Below, in pieces: positions 1-9,538 of a stretch of DNA of 64,000 nt (positions are counted from its first letter, which is position 1; every line of letters begins with the position of its first letter). This DNA is from a virus. The stretch is from positions 12,445 to 76,444 of IMG/VR virus record IMGVR_UViG_3300025871_000005, one strand, 5' to 3'. Made by a program: the position numbers and the translations under genes. The notes below the pieces were generated by a model. It did not search any database. It had not been told where the DNA came from and saw only the letters and a program-made list of their open reading frames with translations.

Positions 1-571
1 TCCAATCATCTTCTGGAAGGGTTGTGATGGTTGTTGCAGATGGATGCAGCACAAGGTCGACAGAACCCTTCTTAATGAATTGTTGACCTTCTTTGAAGAT
101 CCCTTCACTATGTGCTCTATTTTTGATATCATCCCCAATCAGGATAGAAATTCGCATTCCTGGATATGACGTCATTGGAATGATTTCATCAGACGTTTGT
201 GTCCACAGATTATCATACCCACGCAAATTGTGCTTTTTAACATTCAGGAGAACACCTTCTCCCGAAATCAATTGTGCAGAATTCCAATATTTGTTGTCAC
301 ACTTTTCAACATATCCAAAACATATGCTGACACCCAATGATGCTGCAACATCAATCAACTGTTGCGTCTGGTTTCCATTGAATTGTTGGGAACAGCCAGA
401 CGCAACAGTTTCATTCTCTATAAGTGGACCTGTCGTTATCAATTCAGGAAAAACAACAATTTTTGCACCATTTGTTGCAGCCTCAAATGTTAAAGTTTGA
501 ATTCTTTTCAAATTTTTTTCAACATTCAAATGTTCAGGTTTAAACTGAACTGCTGCAATGAGAGTACTCAT
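1..571 (-). CDS. Carbon-nitrogen hydrolase (nitrilase superfamily) protein; partial, runs off the window; nucleophile Cys replaced by Gly
   Basis: Manual translation from ATG 571: MSTLIAAVQF...KIVVFPEL...WNSAQLI...KKHNL...ILIGDD. Not in the ORF track because no stop lies in the window. Confidence 0.75.
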   Translation of the reverse strand, partial: MSTLIAAVQFKPEHLNVEKNLKRIQTLTFEAATNGAKIVVFPELITTGPLIENETVASGCSQQFNGNQTQQLIDVAASLGVSICFGYVEKCDNKYWNSAQLISGEGVLLNVKKHNLRGYDNLWTQTSDEIIPMTSYPGMRISILIGDDIKNRAHSEGIFKEGQQFIKKGSVDLVLHPSATTITTLPEDDW

Positions 572-595
572 GTTGTCAATTCCAATCAGTGTTGA

Positions 596-1501
596 TTAAC
601 GATTTTTCCAAGGTTGACCATAACCAACCTTTAGATAGTATTTGTGAAAGTATTCACGGAAATTGTCAAGATCCGCAACAATTGTTGGATTCTTGCGAAG
701 AAGTTCAACATCAGCATCTGTAACTTCACCAGTGTCTGATATGTCATCAATGTAGTTGTCAACTGCAAGAGCCAACAGCGCAGCCAACTTTGAAGCGCCA
801 TATTCAGCCTCAAACTGATCAATTATCTCACCAATTTCAGGATCTTCTTCCTTCAATCTTTCAATGATCTCTGTTCCATCAGTCTGTAACAGTTCAAAAC
901 CACCCTTTGCCTTGTCAAGGGCAACATCTGTAACCCTCTTTGCACCAGCAACTGAACCGCCAAGCTCTTTTGCAATGTCTTTCAGATTGCCGCCCTCAAT
1001 GTCAGCAACGCTGAGATTCTTCTTCTTTTTTGACAACTTATCATCATCAAGATCTTCTTCCTCTTCTCGCTTTGCTCTCTTACTCTTCTTGAGTGAAGTC
1101 AAATCTTCACCTGACAATTCATTGTCCAGTTCATCATCAAACATTTCTCTGATCAATTTTTTGATGTGATTTCTGACCACTGTTTCAGTAACACTTGTTT
1201 TTTTCATATCCACTTTTTCTTTCTGCTGATCAAATGATTTCACAATGTCATTGTACACATCAGATACATCTTCGTCATCAATTGATTTCACAAGCTTTGA
1301 TATTGCTGATGAAAGTTCTTGTTGATTTTGTGGAATAAAATCTCTGTCTGTTGGATCAGTTATTGGTGCCTGTTGATCAACAACATTGTTGATTTTAACT
1401 GGATTTGTTTCTGAGCCACCTTCGATTTGACCATTCAATGCTTCTTTTATGAATTCACAAAGTGCAGTTTTTGTAACTCTGATTGTGTCCATTGCAATCA
1501 C
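596..1501 (-). CDS. Acidic hypothetical protein with two '(L/I)xE' leader-like segments and a possible HTH
   Basis: 301-aa ORF; LCEFIKEAL and HIKKLIREMF; LKDIAKELGGSVAGAKR is HTH-like; TAATTA immediately upstream. Confidence 0.55.
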   Translation of the reverse strand: MIAMDTIRVTKTALCEFIKEALNGQIEGGSETNPVKINNVVDQQAPITDPTDRDFIPQNQQELSSAISKLVKSIDDEDVSDVYNDIVKSFDQQKEKVDMKKTSVTETVVRNHIKKLIREMFDDELDNELSGEDLTSLKKSKRAKREEEEDLDDDKLSKKKKNLSVADIEGGNLKDIAKELGGSVAGAKRVTDVALDKAKGGFELLQTDGTEIIERLKEEDPEIGEIIDQFEAEYGASKLAALLALAVDNYIDDISDTGEVTDADVELLRKNPTIVADLDNFREYFHKYYLKVGYGQPWKNR

Positions 1502-1513
1502 TAATTATCTTCA

Positions 1514-1819
1514 TCAATTTGATTGTTTTGCATCAACAAATCTGCGCCCAAAATACAACCCAAGAATTGGGACAAGATATGCTGAACATGCTGCGACGTC
1601 AAAACTTCTAAACTCAATTGGCCCAACCTTCTGAAAGATTGATCCAATGTATGCAATTGTTGTTACCCAAAATGCAATTGTTGCAAATGTTATTGAAGCC
1701 GAAGGTTGACCTTTGGAATTTTTCATCCAAATCCAAGATGCTTCTGGCTTTTCTGTTGTGGACATTTCAGTCACTGTTTCTTCTTTTTTCTGTTGTTCAG
1801 TGATTTCATTCTCTTCCAT
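1514..1819 (-). CDS. Small two-TM membrane protein (holin-like?)
   Basis: Two hydrophobic segments (ITFATIAFWVTTIAYIGSIF; AACSAYLVPILGLYFG); AGGAG RBS. Confidence 0.5.
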   Translation of the reverse strand: MEENEITEQQKKEETVTEMSTTEKPEASWIWMKNSKGQPSASITFATIAFWVTTIAYIGSIFQKVGPIEFRSFDVAACSAYLVPILGLYFGRRFVDAKQSN

Positions 1820-1854
1820 GATTGCACTCCTAACAGATTAAATATGAAATGAAA

Positions 1855-2358
1855 TCATTTCTTTGCATATGATATTGCAACAACTGTTAAAACTGTCACA
1901 ACAATGCCTGAACCTGCACCCAATGCATACCACAATTCTTTTGAAGTTTGACTCTTTTCAAGATTTCTGATCTCTTCCTCAAGAACTTTTCTATCTTTCA
2001 ATGATGCATCCAATTGTGCCTGTTTTATTGCAATATCTGCATCATTTTGAGCTTTCTGTTCTGACGTCGTGAATTGACATGTGGCATCATCTTCCTGCTT
2101 CTGTTTTGACAATTCCAATCTCAATTTTTCATCAAAATTGTTCAATTCTGTCACTATGATTGCAGTTGCCCTAGGTGATAAGAGAACACCAGTAAACGGA
2201 GCTTTCTGATCAGCTTTCAATGGAGATATTGCTGCACCAACATCCTTTTCTCCTTGCGGTGTTTCAATGTTTGGCAATTGAACAGTCTGTGCATATGCAA
2301 AGCTGTTCACAAAAATGAAAATTGTTATGAACAGAAAGTTGATCAATTTTTTCATCAT
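1855..2358 (-). CDS. Exported coiled-coil protein with C-terminal membrane anchor (spanin-like?)
   Basis: Signal peptide ending AYA-Q, coiled-coil middle, C-terminal TM followed by AKK. Confidence 0.5.
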   Translation of the reverse strand: MMKKLINFLFITIFIFVNSFAYAQTVQLPNIETPQGEKDVGAAISPLKADQKAPFTGVLLSPRATAIIVTELNNFDEKLRLELSKQKQEDDATCQFTTSEQKAQNDADIAIKQAQLDASLKDRKVLEEEIRNLEKSQTSKELWYALGAGSGIVVTVLTVVAISYAKK

Positions 2359-2772
2359 TTATTCATCCTTTGGCATAATGATTGTGAATCCAGTTGCATT
2401 CTTCAATTGTTCAGCAAGTTCAATGGGTTTATCAGAATAGTTTTTCACTATTGTTTCAACTTCTTTTCTCTTTTTGTCATCAAGAGTTTTCTGTTGTTGT
2501 TCATAATTCTTTTCTATGATTGCCATTCTATCATTGAACTTTTTCTGATTTTCTTTATGTTGCAATTTTTCAGTTGTTCTGATTTCAACTATCTGTTTGA
2601 TTTCATTGTCATAGATGTCTCTTATCTTTTTCAATTCTTCACTGAATGTGAATGTTTTTGATCCAAAAAAGATTGCAAAAAGTGCAATCACAATGAAAAG
2701 AATGTATGACCAATATTTTTTGATGAACAACCAACACAATTTTAGTGTCAACATATGTTTTCTTTCTGTCAA
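2359..2772 (-). CDS. N-terminally anchored coiled-coil protein (i-spanin-like?)
   Basis: N-terminal TM (YILFIVIALFAIFFG) followed by a charged coiled coil. Confidence 0.45.
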   Translation of the reverse strand: MTERKHMLTLKLCWLFIKKYWSYILFIVIALFAIFFGSKTFTFSEELKKIRDIYDNEIKQIVEIRTTEKLQHKENQKKFNDRMAIIEKNYEQQQKTLDDKKRKEVETIVKNYSDKPIELAEQLKNATGFTIIMPKDE

Positions 2773-3047
2773 TTAAGTAATTGATCAGATTTTTTTTGTT
2801 CAAATGATCCAGTTCTCAACTTTTCAATTGCACAATCATCAAATTTCAACAATTGTACAAGTCGAGACAACAATTGTTGATGTAACATCAATGTTGATAT
2901 GTTCATTTCAATGACTGCACTCAACGAAATATTTTCATTCTTAAGAATATTCAATTCATTTTCATGAATGGCAACAGAAGAACTCAATTCAAGTATCACA
3001 CTGTGTAAATCATCATTTTTCATTTTCATCACTGTTTTCTGCTTCAA
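2769..3047 (-). CDS. Hypothetical protein
   Basis: Coiled-coil ORF tiled in the minus-strand operon. Confidence 0.45.
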   Translation of the reverse strand: MKQKTVMKMKNDDLHSVILELSSSVAIHENELNILKNENISLSAVIEMNISTLMLHQQLLSRLVQLLKFDDCAIEKLRTGSFEQKKSDQLLN

Positions 3048-3318
3048 TCAAATTGTACAATGCTTCATGATTAACACTACTGAATTTGTTTCCAACGCCT
3101 CTAACTTTTTTTACACCCTCAGTTAATCGTTTTGAAACATACTCTTCAATAATTCTTCTCGTTCTCTGATCATGATTGAGCAATAATCTTATCATCAATT
3201 GAACATATTCAATTGCTGTCATATCATATTCAAACAGTAAACGTTTAGTATCAAGCCAGTCTGATCTCTCAAGAGAGATGTGTATACTTGCTCTATTCAA
3301 TAATGGATTTGTTGGCAT
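3013..3318 (-). CDS. Hypothetical protein, possible ribbon-helix-helix DNA-binding protein
   Basis: RASIHISL strand followed by two amphipathic helices. Confidence 0.4.
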   Translation of the reverse strand: MPTNPLLNRASIHISLERSDWLDTKRLLFEYDMTAIEYVQLMIRLLLNHDQRTRRIIEEYVSKRLTEGVKKVRGVGNKFSSVNHEALYNLIEAENSDENEK

Positions 3319-3339
3319 GTACAGAATTGTACAATATTT

Positions 3340-4014
3340 TCAGATTGTTTCTCCACCACCCATATCAGTGCTTGAAGGACCTGGAGATGCAGGAGCTGAA
3401 CCACCCATGCCAAAGTCTTCACTTCCACCACCAGATGAAAGATCACCACCGCCTGAAGACCTGGATGCTGTCGGCGCATTTCCATCCTTTGATTTCAAAG
3501 ATATTCCATGGTTCTGTTCAAGATCTTCTATGAACAGATTTATGACATCTTCATCATAATTCTTTGCCAAAAAATTCTTTGCTCTTCTGACAATGGTATT
3601 CTTCACCTCAAGAAGGTTGTCATAATTGTCAATCAATCTGACGATATTATTACTGAATGCTTCAACATCAATATTATCTGGTGTCAACTTGGTGTCATCG
3701 ACCTTTGTCTTCTCATCGTTTGCTGATTTTTCTTCTTTTTCAGCATTTTGTCCCTGATCATCTTCACCTGCTTCAAACAGAAAATCTCTTGTCAATCTGT
3801 ATGATAAATTTTCAATCTTCAGTTCTTTGCTATCCTTTTCATATTCAGCAAAATATCTGTCAATTTGTGCATCAAGTGAATCGCCAATCTCTTCCTCTTC
3901 ACTACTCTTTTCCTTATCAAGACCTTCATCTGCTTCACAAAGAATTTTTTGCAAAAATCTGTTGTATTTGATCTTTGCCTGTTCATTCAACAATTCTTGA
4001 AATTTTTTGTTCAT
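3340..4014 (-). CDS. Acidic hypothetical protein with Gly/Ser-rich tail
   Basis: 224-aa ORF; ATGA overlap with the sod gene; LxE motifs (LLNE, LCEA, LFEA). Confidence 0.55.
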   Translation of the reverse strand: MNKKFQELLNEQAKIKYNRFLQKILCEADEGLDKEKSSEEEEIGDSLDAQIDRYFAEYEKDSKELKIENLSYRLTRDFLFEAGEDDQGQNAEKEEKSANDEKTKVDDTKLTPDNIDVEAFSNNIVRLIDNYDNLLEVKNTIVRRAKNFLAKNYDEDVINLFIEDLEQNHGISLKSKDGNAPTASRSSGGGDLSSGGGSEDFGMGGSAPASPGPSSTDMGGGETI

Positions 4015-4721
4015 TTGATTGCCTCATTGATTGCTTCAGATTTACGAATTCTGTCTTCAATGACATTCCAATTCAATTCTTTCATTTGTGATATGATGTA
4101 ACTCATCTTGTCAGTAGCGTAATCCCTATAATATGAATGTTCATGCATATCAACAACAATTATTGGAAGTAATCCAACCATCACATCCTGACTATTACAA
4201 CTGACAATTGTTGTAACGTACTTTTTCAAGAACAGATGATATCCCGTGATTACCCATCCCTGACCACATGACAGTGCAGCTGCAATGAAATCTTTTTGCC
4301 AATTTGCAAAACTTCCAAAATCTCGTTGCAATCTTATGTATGACATACTGTCAGCATAGATTTCGCTGCTTGGACTGAAACAGTTTGCAAAATAGAGTTC
4401 ATGCAACCACATTCCATTCAGATTGTAAGTTTCATCAAGTTTTGCTGATCTGTAATCTGAATTGTTTGAATTTGCACTGTTCCTGTCAACGCTATCAACA
4501 ACAATTGAAATCTTATTGAATGTTTCAACATAATTTTTGTACAAAGCTTCATGTGAAGATTTTGTCTTCTGTGATATCAGATCAGACACCTGATTGAATT
4601 TTTTTTCCTCAGCATGAAATGCCTCATCCAATTGTTTCAAATTGGGATCATTCTTTATGCTGCTCTTTATGATCTCATTCAGATCAATTTCTTGAAGAAT
4701 GTTAACTTGTTTCTTTTCCAT
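4011..4721 (-). CDS. sod: Fe/Mn superoxide dismutase family protein
   Basis: Metal-ligand motifs SHEALYKNYV, LHELYF, DMHEHSYY; DFGSFANWQKDF. Confidence 0.85.
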   Translation of the reverse strand: MEKKQVNILQEIDLNEIIKSSIKNDPNLKQLDEAFHAEEKKFNQVSDLISQKTKSSHEALYKNYVETFNKISIVVDSVDRNSANSNNSDYRSAKLDETYNLNGMWLHELYFANCFSPSSEIYADSMSYIRLQRDFGSFANWQKDFIAAALSCGQGWVITGYHLFLKKYVTTIVSCNSQDVMVGLLPIIVVDMHEHSYYRDYATDKMSYIISQMKELNWNVIEDRIRKSEAINEAIK

Positions 4722-4724
4722 GTT

Positions 4725-5015
4725 TCAACCCAATTCGTAATTCTTTTCAAGATCATCCTTTGTGACATGAACATGTTCACCTTGTGGTGAAGCAATTGTT
4801 GCATCAGTGATACCAACCTCTTTCACAGTATACAATTCACCAGTTTCTTTATTTTTAATCTTCAATCCAGTTGACAGAATTGATTTCTTTTCACCATCTT
4901 TTGTTTTTGCATTGAACATCAAATCAACGCCTGAATTTTCAGCAAGTGAAGAAATTTTTCTATTCCACTCTTCTCGAATGAGATTGATCAGTTCACGTTC
5001 ACTAAGTTTCTTCAT
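4725..5015 (-). CDS. Hypothetical protein with N-terminal 'L..LIREE' leader
   Basis: MKKLSERELINLIREEW; beta-rich C-terminus; TACTTA upstream. Confidence 0.6.
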   Translation of the reverse strand: MKKLSERELINLIREEWNRKISSLAENSGVDLMFNAKTKDGEKKSILSTGLKIKNKETGELYTVKEVGITDATIASPQGEHVHVTKDDLEKNYELG

Positions 5016-5033
5016 AACAGTTAAGTATCAACT

Positions 5034-5912
5034 TCAATATTGAGCATTCAAATTCTGTTCAAATTCATGCATTGCATATGATTGCCAATCAATAACGTTA
5101 ACACCATTCGATTTCAATATATCAATGCCAGCAGTATCACGATATTGTGATAAATAGTACACTGTACCAACCTTCTTCATCGCCAGAAGTTTTGCACAAT
5201 TCTGACAAGGAGATAATGTAACAAACAGAATTGAATTTTTCAGGGGCTCCTGAGCCTTCATGATTGCATTCACTTCAGCATGTATACATCCACAAGCTCC
5301 AGGAATTGTTGTGTCACACTGATTTTTTGCACCAGAAATTCCACCATTGTATCCAACTGAAATTACACGTGTAAATTCATCATTGACAAAAACAGCACCA
5401 ACTTGTCGTCTGATACACGTTGAACGATCTCTAAAAGAGCAGGCAGTTTGCATATAGATTGATTGAAAAGTTGGACGAGACCATACACCAAAGTCATTAT
5501 TGTAATTCCTTTCAACTTGAACAAAATTTTCAGTTTTTCGCCAATTCATGAACTTAACTTTGAAACCTTTAGATCTGTAAAATTCTGTTGCCATTTTGTA
5601 CAGATTGAATTGCTCATCATCCAAAGGTGCATTCATGAATTCATAACATTTTTCACCATTCCAATATTCAACAAACAGATTTGGATGATATTCATCATAA
5701 CCTGGGTCTGCATTGTAACACATTCTCACAGATTTTACAGTCAAATATGATTTCAATTGTTCAATCCTCTTGTCATGATTGAATTCATGAAATTTCTTTT
5801 TTTCAAGTGTCAATTTACAATTTGCAGAACACACATTGTGTTGTGTATACAACTGTTTTTCACAATCTGTTTGCATAGGTTTCCCACAAACAACACAATT
5901 TTCTATATTCAT
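5034..5912 (-). CDS. dCMP deaminase with about 140-aa N-terminal Zn-finger-containing extension
   Basis: RSTCIRRQVGAV, GYNG, HAEVNAI, PCQNC; N-terminal CVVC...CSANC. Confidence 0.85.
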   Translation of the reverse strand: MNIENCVVCGKPMQTDCEKQLYTQHNVCSANCKLTLEKKKFHEFNHDKRIEQLKSYLTVKSVRMCYNADPGYDEYHPNLFVEYWNGEKCYEFMNAPLDDEQFNLYKMATEFYRSKGFKVKFMNWRKTENFVQVERNYNNDFGVWSRPTFQSIYMQTACSFRDRSTCIRRQVGAVFVNDEFTRVISVGYNGGISGAKNQCDTTIPGACGCIHAEVNAIMKAQEPLKNSILFVTLSPCQNCAKLLAMKKVGTVYYLSQYRDTAGIDILKSNGVNVIDWQSYAMHEFEQNLNAQY

Positions 5913-6442
5913 AATTGTTCCCTCAACTTTATGAAACGATTAATGAACAACTGTTCTGCCTCATGAGGCAATAATGGAACAATCACCTCTTTCACAGGCT
6001 GTGATTTGATATTCCAGTCATCATACGCAGAATATTGCATCAGATCTCTCACTTCTGCTGCAAACACTCTGTGATCTGCACTGTTTATGTCATCCTGATC
6101 AAAATTTTCAATATGAAATCTGTGATAGATTTCATCCATTAACACTTTTTCAACATTCCTGTATTCAGAAAACATTGATGTCATTTTGTAAGGTGTTGGA
6201 ATGTCAACTATGTATGCTTCTGACGCATCATGGAGCAGAGCAGCAAAACTGTTCACTGGATTTACATAATTTGAAACAAGAACACTGTGTTGTGCAACAG
6301 AATAGAATTGTTTTGTATGTCCTGAAAATCTGCACATATTTGATAATGCATGCGCAATGTCTTCAATATTGATGACACACTTTTTGGGTTCAAGTGGATT
6401 GAACAGATTTCCTGAGTATGTTATTATGTGCACATTAATCAA
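5909..6442 (-). CDS. HD-domain 5'-deoxynucleotidase (YfbR/YfdR-like)
   Basis: IEDIAHALSNMCRFSGH, YSVAQHSVLVS, LLHDASEAYIVDIPTPYK. Confidence 0.85.
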   Translation of the reverse strand: MINVHIITYSGNLFNPLEPKKCVINIEDIAHALSNMCRFSGHTKQFYSVAQHSVLVSNYVNPVNSFAALLHDASEAYIVDIPTPYKMTSMFSEYRNVEKVLMDEIYHRFHIENFDQDDINSADHRVFAAEVRDLMQYSAYDDWNIKSQPVKEVIVPLLPHEAEQLFINRFIKLREQL

Positions 6443-7022
6443 CTTTCAGCATAAAATTTGGATGATGTTGATGACATCTGGGTTCATACAGATCAGAACC
6501 ACCAACTTCAATTTCCTGATCTGATATGTTCTTTTTGTGAGTAAAGTGGGCATCTTCACCGCACACTGTGCAAACAGCTGTGCACTTTTCAATGTGTGTT
6601 GCCCACGGGAACATCTTTTCAATCTCTTTGAAAGGTTTACAACTTGATGACATGTCAAGTGATGACACAATGATATCAATTCCATTTCTGTACAGCCATA
6701 TCAATGCATCAGCAACATCTGGTATCATGAATGCTTCATCAACAGCAATTACATTTGGTTCAATTGAAGGATTTGATAGGTGTTCAAAAATGTCTTCACC
6801 AGTTTTTATTACAGTTGCAGGCCATTTGAAACCATTGTGTGTAACAACATCAGACGTTGAATACCGATCATCAATTGATGGTTTGTACACGACAATTGAT
6901 TTCTGTTGATATTTGCACTTTTCAAGTGCAGACATCAGATGGCTTGTTTTTGAACTAAACATTGGTCCAACAAACATTCTGAATGTATTATTTTTCATTC
7001 TTATCCTTTTTTGTTGAAACAA
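6435..7022 (-). CDS. tdk: Thymidine kinase
   Basis: GPMFSSKTS, KPSIDDRY, IAVDEAFM, CTVCG, YEPRCHQH. Confidence 0.92.
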   Translation of the reverse strand: MFQQKRIRMKNNTFRMFVGPMFSSKTSHLMSALEKCKYQQKSIVVYKPSIDDRYSTSDVVTHNGFKWPATVIKTGEDIFEHLSNPSIEPNVIAVDEAFMIPDVADALIWLYRNGIDIIVSSLDMSSSCKPFKEIEKMFPWATHIEKCTAVCTVCGEDAHFTHKKNISDQEIEVGGSDLYEPRCHQHHPNFMLKVD

Positions 7023-7539
7023 TTGTAAAAGGTTTTCTCACAGTTGAAATGTGTTTTTCAGAGATTGAAAGAGCTTTAATGAGCAAAATGACTGGATCTT
7101 TCACAGTTTCATACAACGCACACATTGCACCCAATGCAACATCTGATCCTGAACCAATTGATGTATACATTGATGTATCACTTAAAACACCAAAATCCTC
7201 TTCGATTGTGAACAACCTTCCTTTATACCCAACAATGATTGCGCCATGATTTTCACCAGATGCTTCATATTCATGTTGAGCATATATTCTCTTCAATGCA
7301 GGAATGAAATCACACACAAAGTATTCATTTGGATCATCTCTGTTATCTTCTGGTGGATCAAAACAGTATTGAAGAATTTGACCCATCCTGAATGATTGGC
7401 AAAATCCAAACAACATTTTTCCCTTCTTGAAAACTTTTGGGACAGTTATTGTTGATATTGCATCATTGATACCATTTGCTGATGCATCCCCAGCCAACCA
7501 AACATATTTTCCATCAGCATAACCAACTATACATGTCAT
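6988..7539 (-). CDS. HslV/proteasome-beta-like Ntn hydrolase
   Basis: N-terminal Thr (MTCIVG), AGD, PKVF, IGSG. Confidence 0.75.
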   Translation of the reverse strand: MTCIVGYADGKYVWLAGDASANGINDAISTITVPKVFKKGKMLFGFCQSFRMGQILQYCFDPPEDNRDDPNEYFVCDFIPALKRIYAQHEYEASGENHGAIIVGYKGRLFTIEEDFGVLSDTSMYTSIGSGSDVALGAMCALYETVKDPVILLIKALSISEKHISTVRKPFTIVSTKKDKNEK

Positions 7540-8510
7540 AAAGATTTCAAGCTCCTGTCAAACAACCCATTTTTCAGTTCTTGAATAATGTTTTCATTCA
7601 CAGATAATTTCTGAGCTTTGTGCATAAGCAATATTTGTATCATGTCATGCCAATATTCATGTTTTTCACTCTTTAACCAAGAATTGAAGCTGACAATATC
7701 AGCTTCTGATTTATAACGTTGAATAATCTGTTCTTCTTGAATCAATTGTTGAATTACATTATTTGTGATATTTGGCATTGCGTTCATAGGAATTGAACTA
7801 TATCCTGAATTTTTTGCAATTTTATCAAGCATTTCAAAATGCCTCTCATAAACATGGAGTGAATTGCTTATGTGCACATATGATCCCAATTCAACGCCAA
7901 GTTCATTTGCCAACATCTCTTGAAAGAATGTGAACGCAGGAACATCATATGATATTCCAAAAATGAGATCTGAACTTCTCATTGATACAATTTGGTGCAA
8001 TTTACCATCCCTAATGAAAAATTGCAACGTCAATGTGCATGGCACATCTTTCACAGCAAGCATACTGTCTTTTGGTGATCTTATATGAATAACAGCTCTC
8101 CTACTGTCAGGATCTCTCTTCAATTCATCAATAACATATTGCCATTGTGTCCAATCATGTTCAGCACCACAAATTCTGTCATGTGGTTTGAATATTCTTG
8201 AACCATAAGCACTGTTTGCAGTTACGCCATCGTCACTGATATTTGACCAAAACTGAGAATAGTTTGAAATCCATTCAGTTGAATTGTTTCCACTGATGTA
8301 CCAAAGAATTTCACCCATCATATATGATAATGAAAATTTTCGTTCTGGAATGAATAGCAGTCTATCTCTTGGATTTGTGATCACAAACTTGACGCCAAGA
8401 TGTTCTTTGATCTTCATTCCTCGCGGTTGACAAACATATTCTGGATTGTTTACCAATTTTGCCAATCCAGCAAATGCATCTGTGAATGATTTGTATGTGT
8501 GCTCTGTCAT
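7536..8510 (-). CDS. Thymidylate-synthase-family enzyme with dCMP-type Asp; probable dCMP hydroxymethylase or related C5-modifying enzyme
   Basis: GEILWYISG, DPDSRRAVI, DVPCTL (catalytic Cys), MRSSDLIFGISYD with Asp (7944-7946) where ThyA has Asn, SLHVYERH; start ATG 8510 after a GAGG RBS. Confidence 0.8.
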   Translation of the reverse strand: MTEHTYKSFTDAFAGLAKLVNNPEYVCQPRGMKIKEHLGVKFVITNPRDRLLFIPERKFSLSYMMGEILWYISGNNSTEWISNYSQFWSNISDDGVTANSAYGSRIFKPHDRICGAEHDWTQWQYVIDELKRDPDSRRAVIHIRSPKDSMLAVKDVPCTLTLQFFIRDGKLHQIVSMRSSDLIFGISYDVPAFTFFQEMLANELGVELGSYVHISNSLHVYERHFEMLDKIAKNSGYSSIPMNAMPNITNNVIQQLIQEEQIIQRYKSEADIVSFNSWLKSEKHEYWHDMIQILLMHKAQKLSVNENIIQELKNGLFDRSLKSL

Positions 8511-8557
8511 ATTTTCCTCAAACAGATTGTACAGAATGTCATCAAATTGTTCATATT

Positions 8558-9538
8558 TCAAATCGAAGACAACATTTTGATCTGTTCCCAATTTGTTGTG
8601 TACCAATCAATTGTCATATCAATTCCAGTTTTTACATCAACAATTGGCTCATACTTCAGATCATTTTTGATTTTTGATATGTTTGCAAGTGTATGTTTCA
8701 CATCACCCATCCTTGTTGGCGCCATGATCATACCCTTGTTTGGCAATCTCTGATTGATGAGCCACAAAATTTCATTATTGCTTATTCTTGTCCCAGTTGC
8801 AACGTTGTATACATCACCATTGAATATGTTGGCAGATTTCCCAGCAAGAATGAGCGCATGAACAACATTGTCAACATGACACATATCTCTGCTCTGTGTA
8901 CCATCTCCATCAAATCTCAATTTTTTTCCAAACTTTATTGCAGTCAACCATGCTGAAATTGCAGTTGAATATGGAGATCCACCCAACTGATTTTTGCCAA
9001 AAACATTGAAAAATCTCATTGATGCAATGTTGCATTTGTAATAGTTTGCATACATCACAGCATAATCTTCAATTATTGACTTTTGCAATGCATATGGTGA
9101 AACTGGGTGTTTTGTATCAGTTTCTGATTGTCCAAGAACTTTTCCATATTGATCAACTGTCGCTCCACCATAAACTGATGAACTTGATGCAAATATCAGT
9201 TTTGTTCTGTTACCAGCTTTTCTCAATGCTTCAAAAAGTTTCAATGTTTTTGTTACATTCACATCATTTGTTTCATATGGATACTCAACGCTGTATGAAA
9301 CTCTTGGCATTGCTGCAAGGTGAAAAATTGTGTCATAAACACCATGCTCAACATTGTCAACAATGTTTTTGTCAGAGAAATCATTTGCATACAATGTTCC
9401 CATTCCTGTTGGCACAAATTCTTTATGACCATTTGAAAAATCATCAACGCCATCAACGTTGAGACCAATCTTTATACATTCATTTGCAAGATTGCTACCA
9501 ATAAAACCAGCCACTCCAGTTATCAGAATATTTTTCAT
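8558..9538 (-). CDS. NAD-dependent NDP-sugar epimerase/dehydratase (extended SDR)
   Basis: GVAGFIG, HLAA, ASSSSVYG, YALQK, RFFNVFG, GDGTQSRD. Confidence 0.9.
   Translation of the reverse strand: MKNILITGVAGFIGSNLANECIKIGLNVDGVDDFSNGHKEFVPTGMGTLYANDFSDKNIVDNVEHGVYDTIFHLAAMPRVSYSVEYPYETNDVNVTKTLKLFEALRKAGNRTKLIFASSSSVYGGATVDQYGKVLGQSETDTKHPVSPYALQKSIIEDYAVMYANYYKCNIASMRFFNVFGKNQLGGSPYSTAISAWLTAIKFGKKLRFDGDGTQSRDMCHVDNVVHALILAGKSANIFNGDVYNVATGTRISNNEILWLINQRLPNKGMIMAPTRMGDVKHTLANISKIKNDLKYEPIVDVKTGIDMTIDWYTTNWEQIKMLSSI

Noticed and set aside
7536-8510. Calling this gene thyA
   Set aside because: It has Asp instead of the dUMP-specifying Asn, ThyX is present elsewhere, and its neighbours are sugar and kinase genes.
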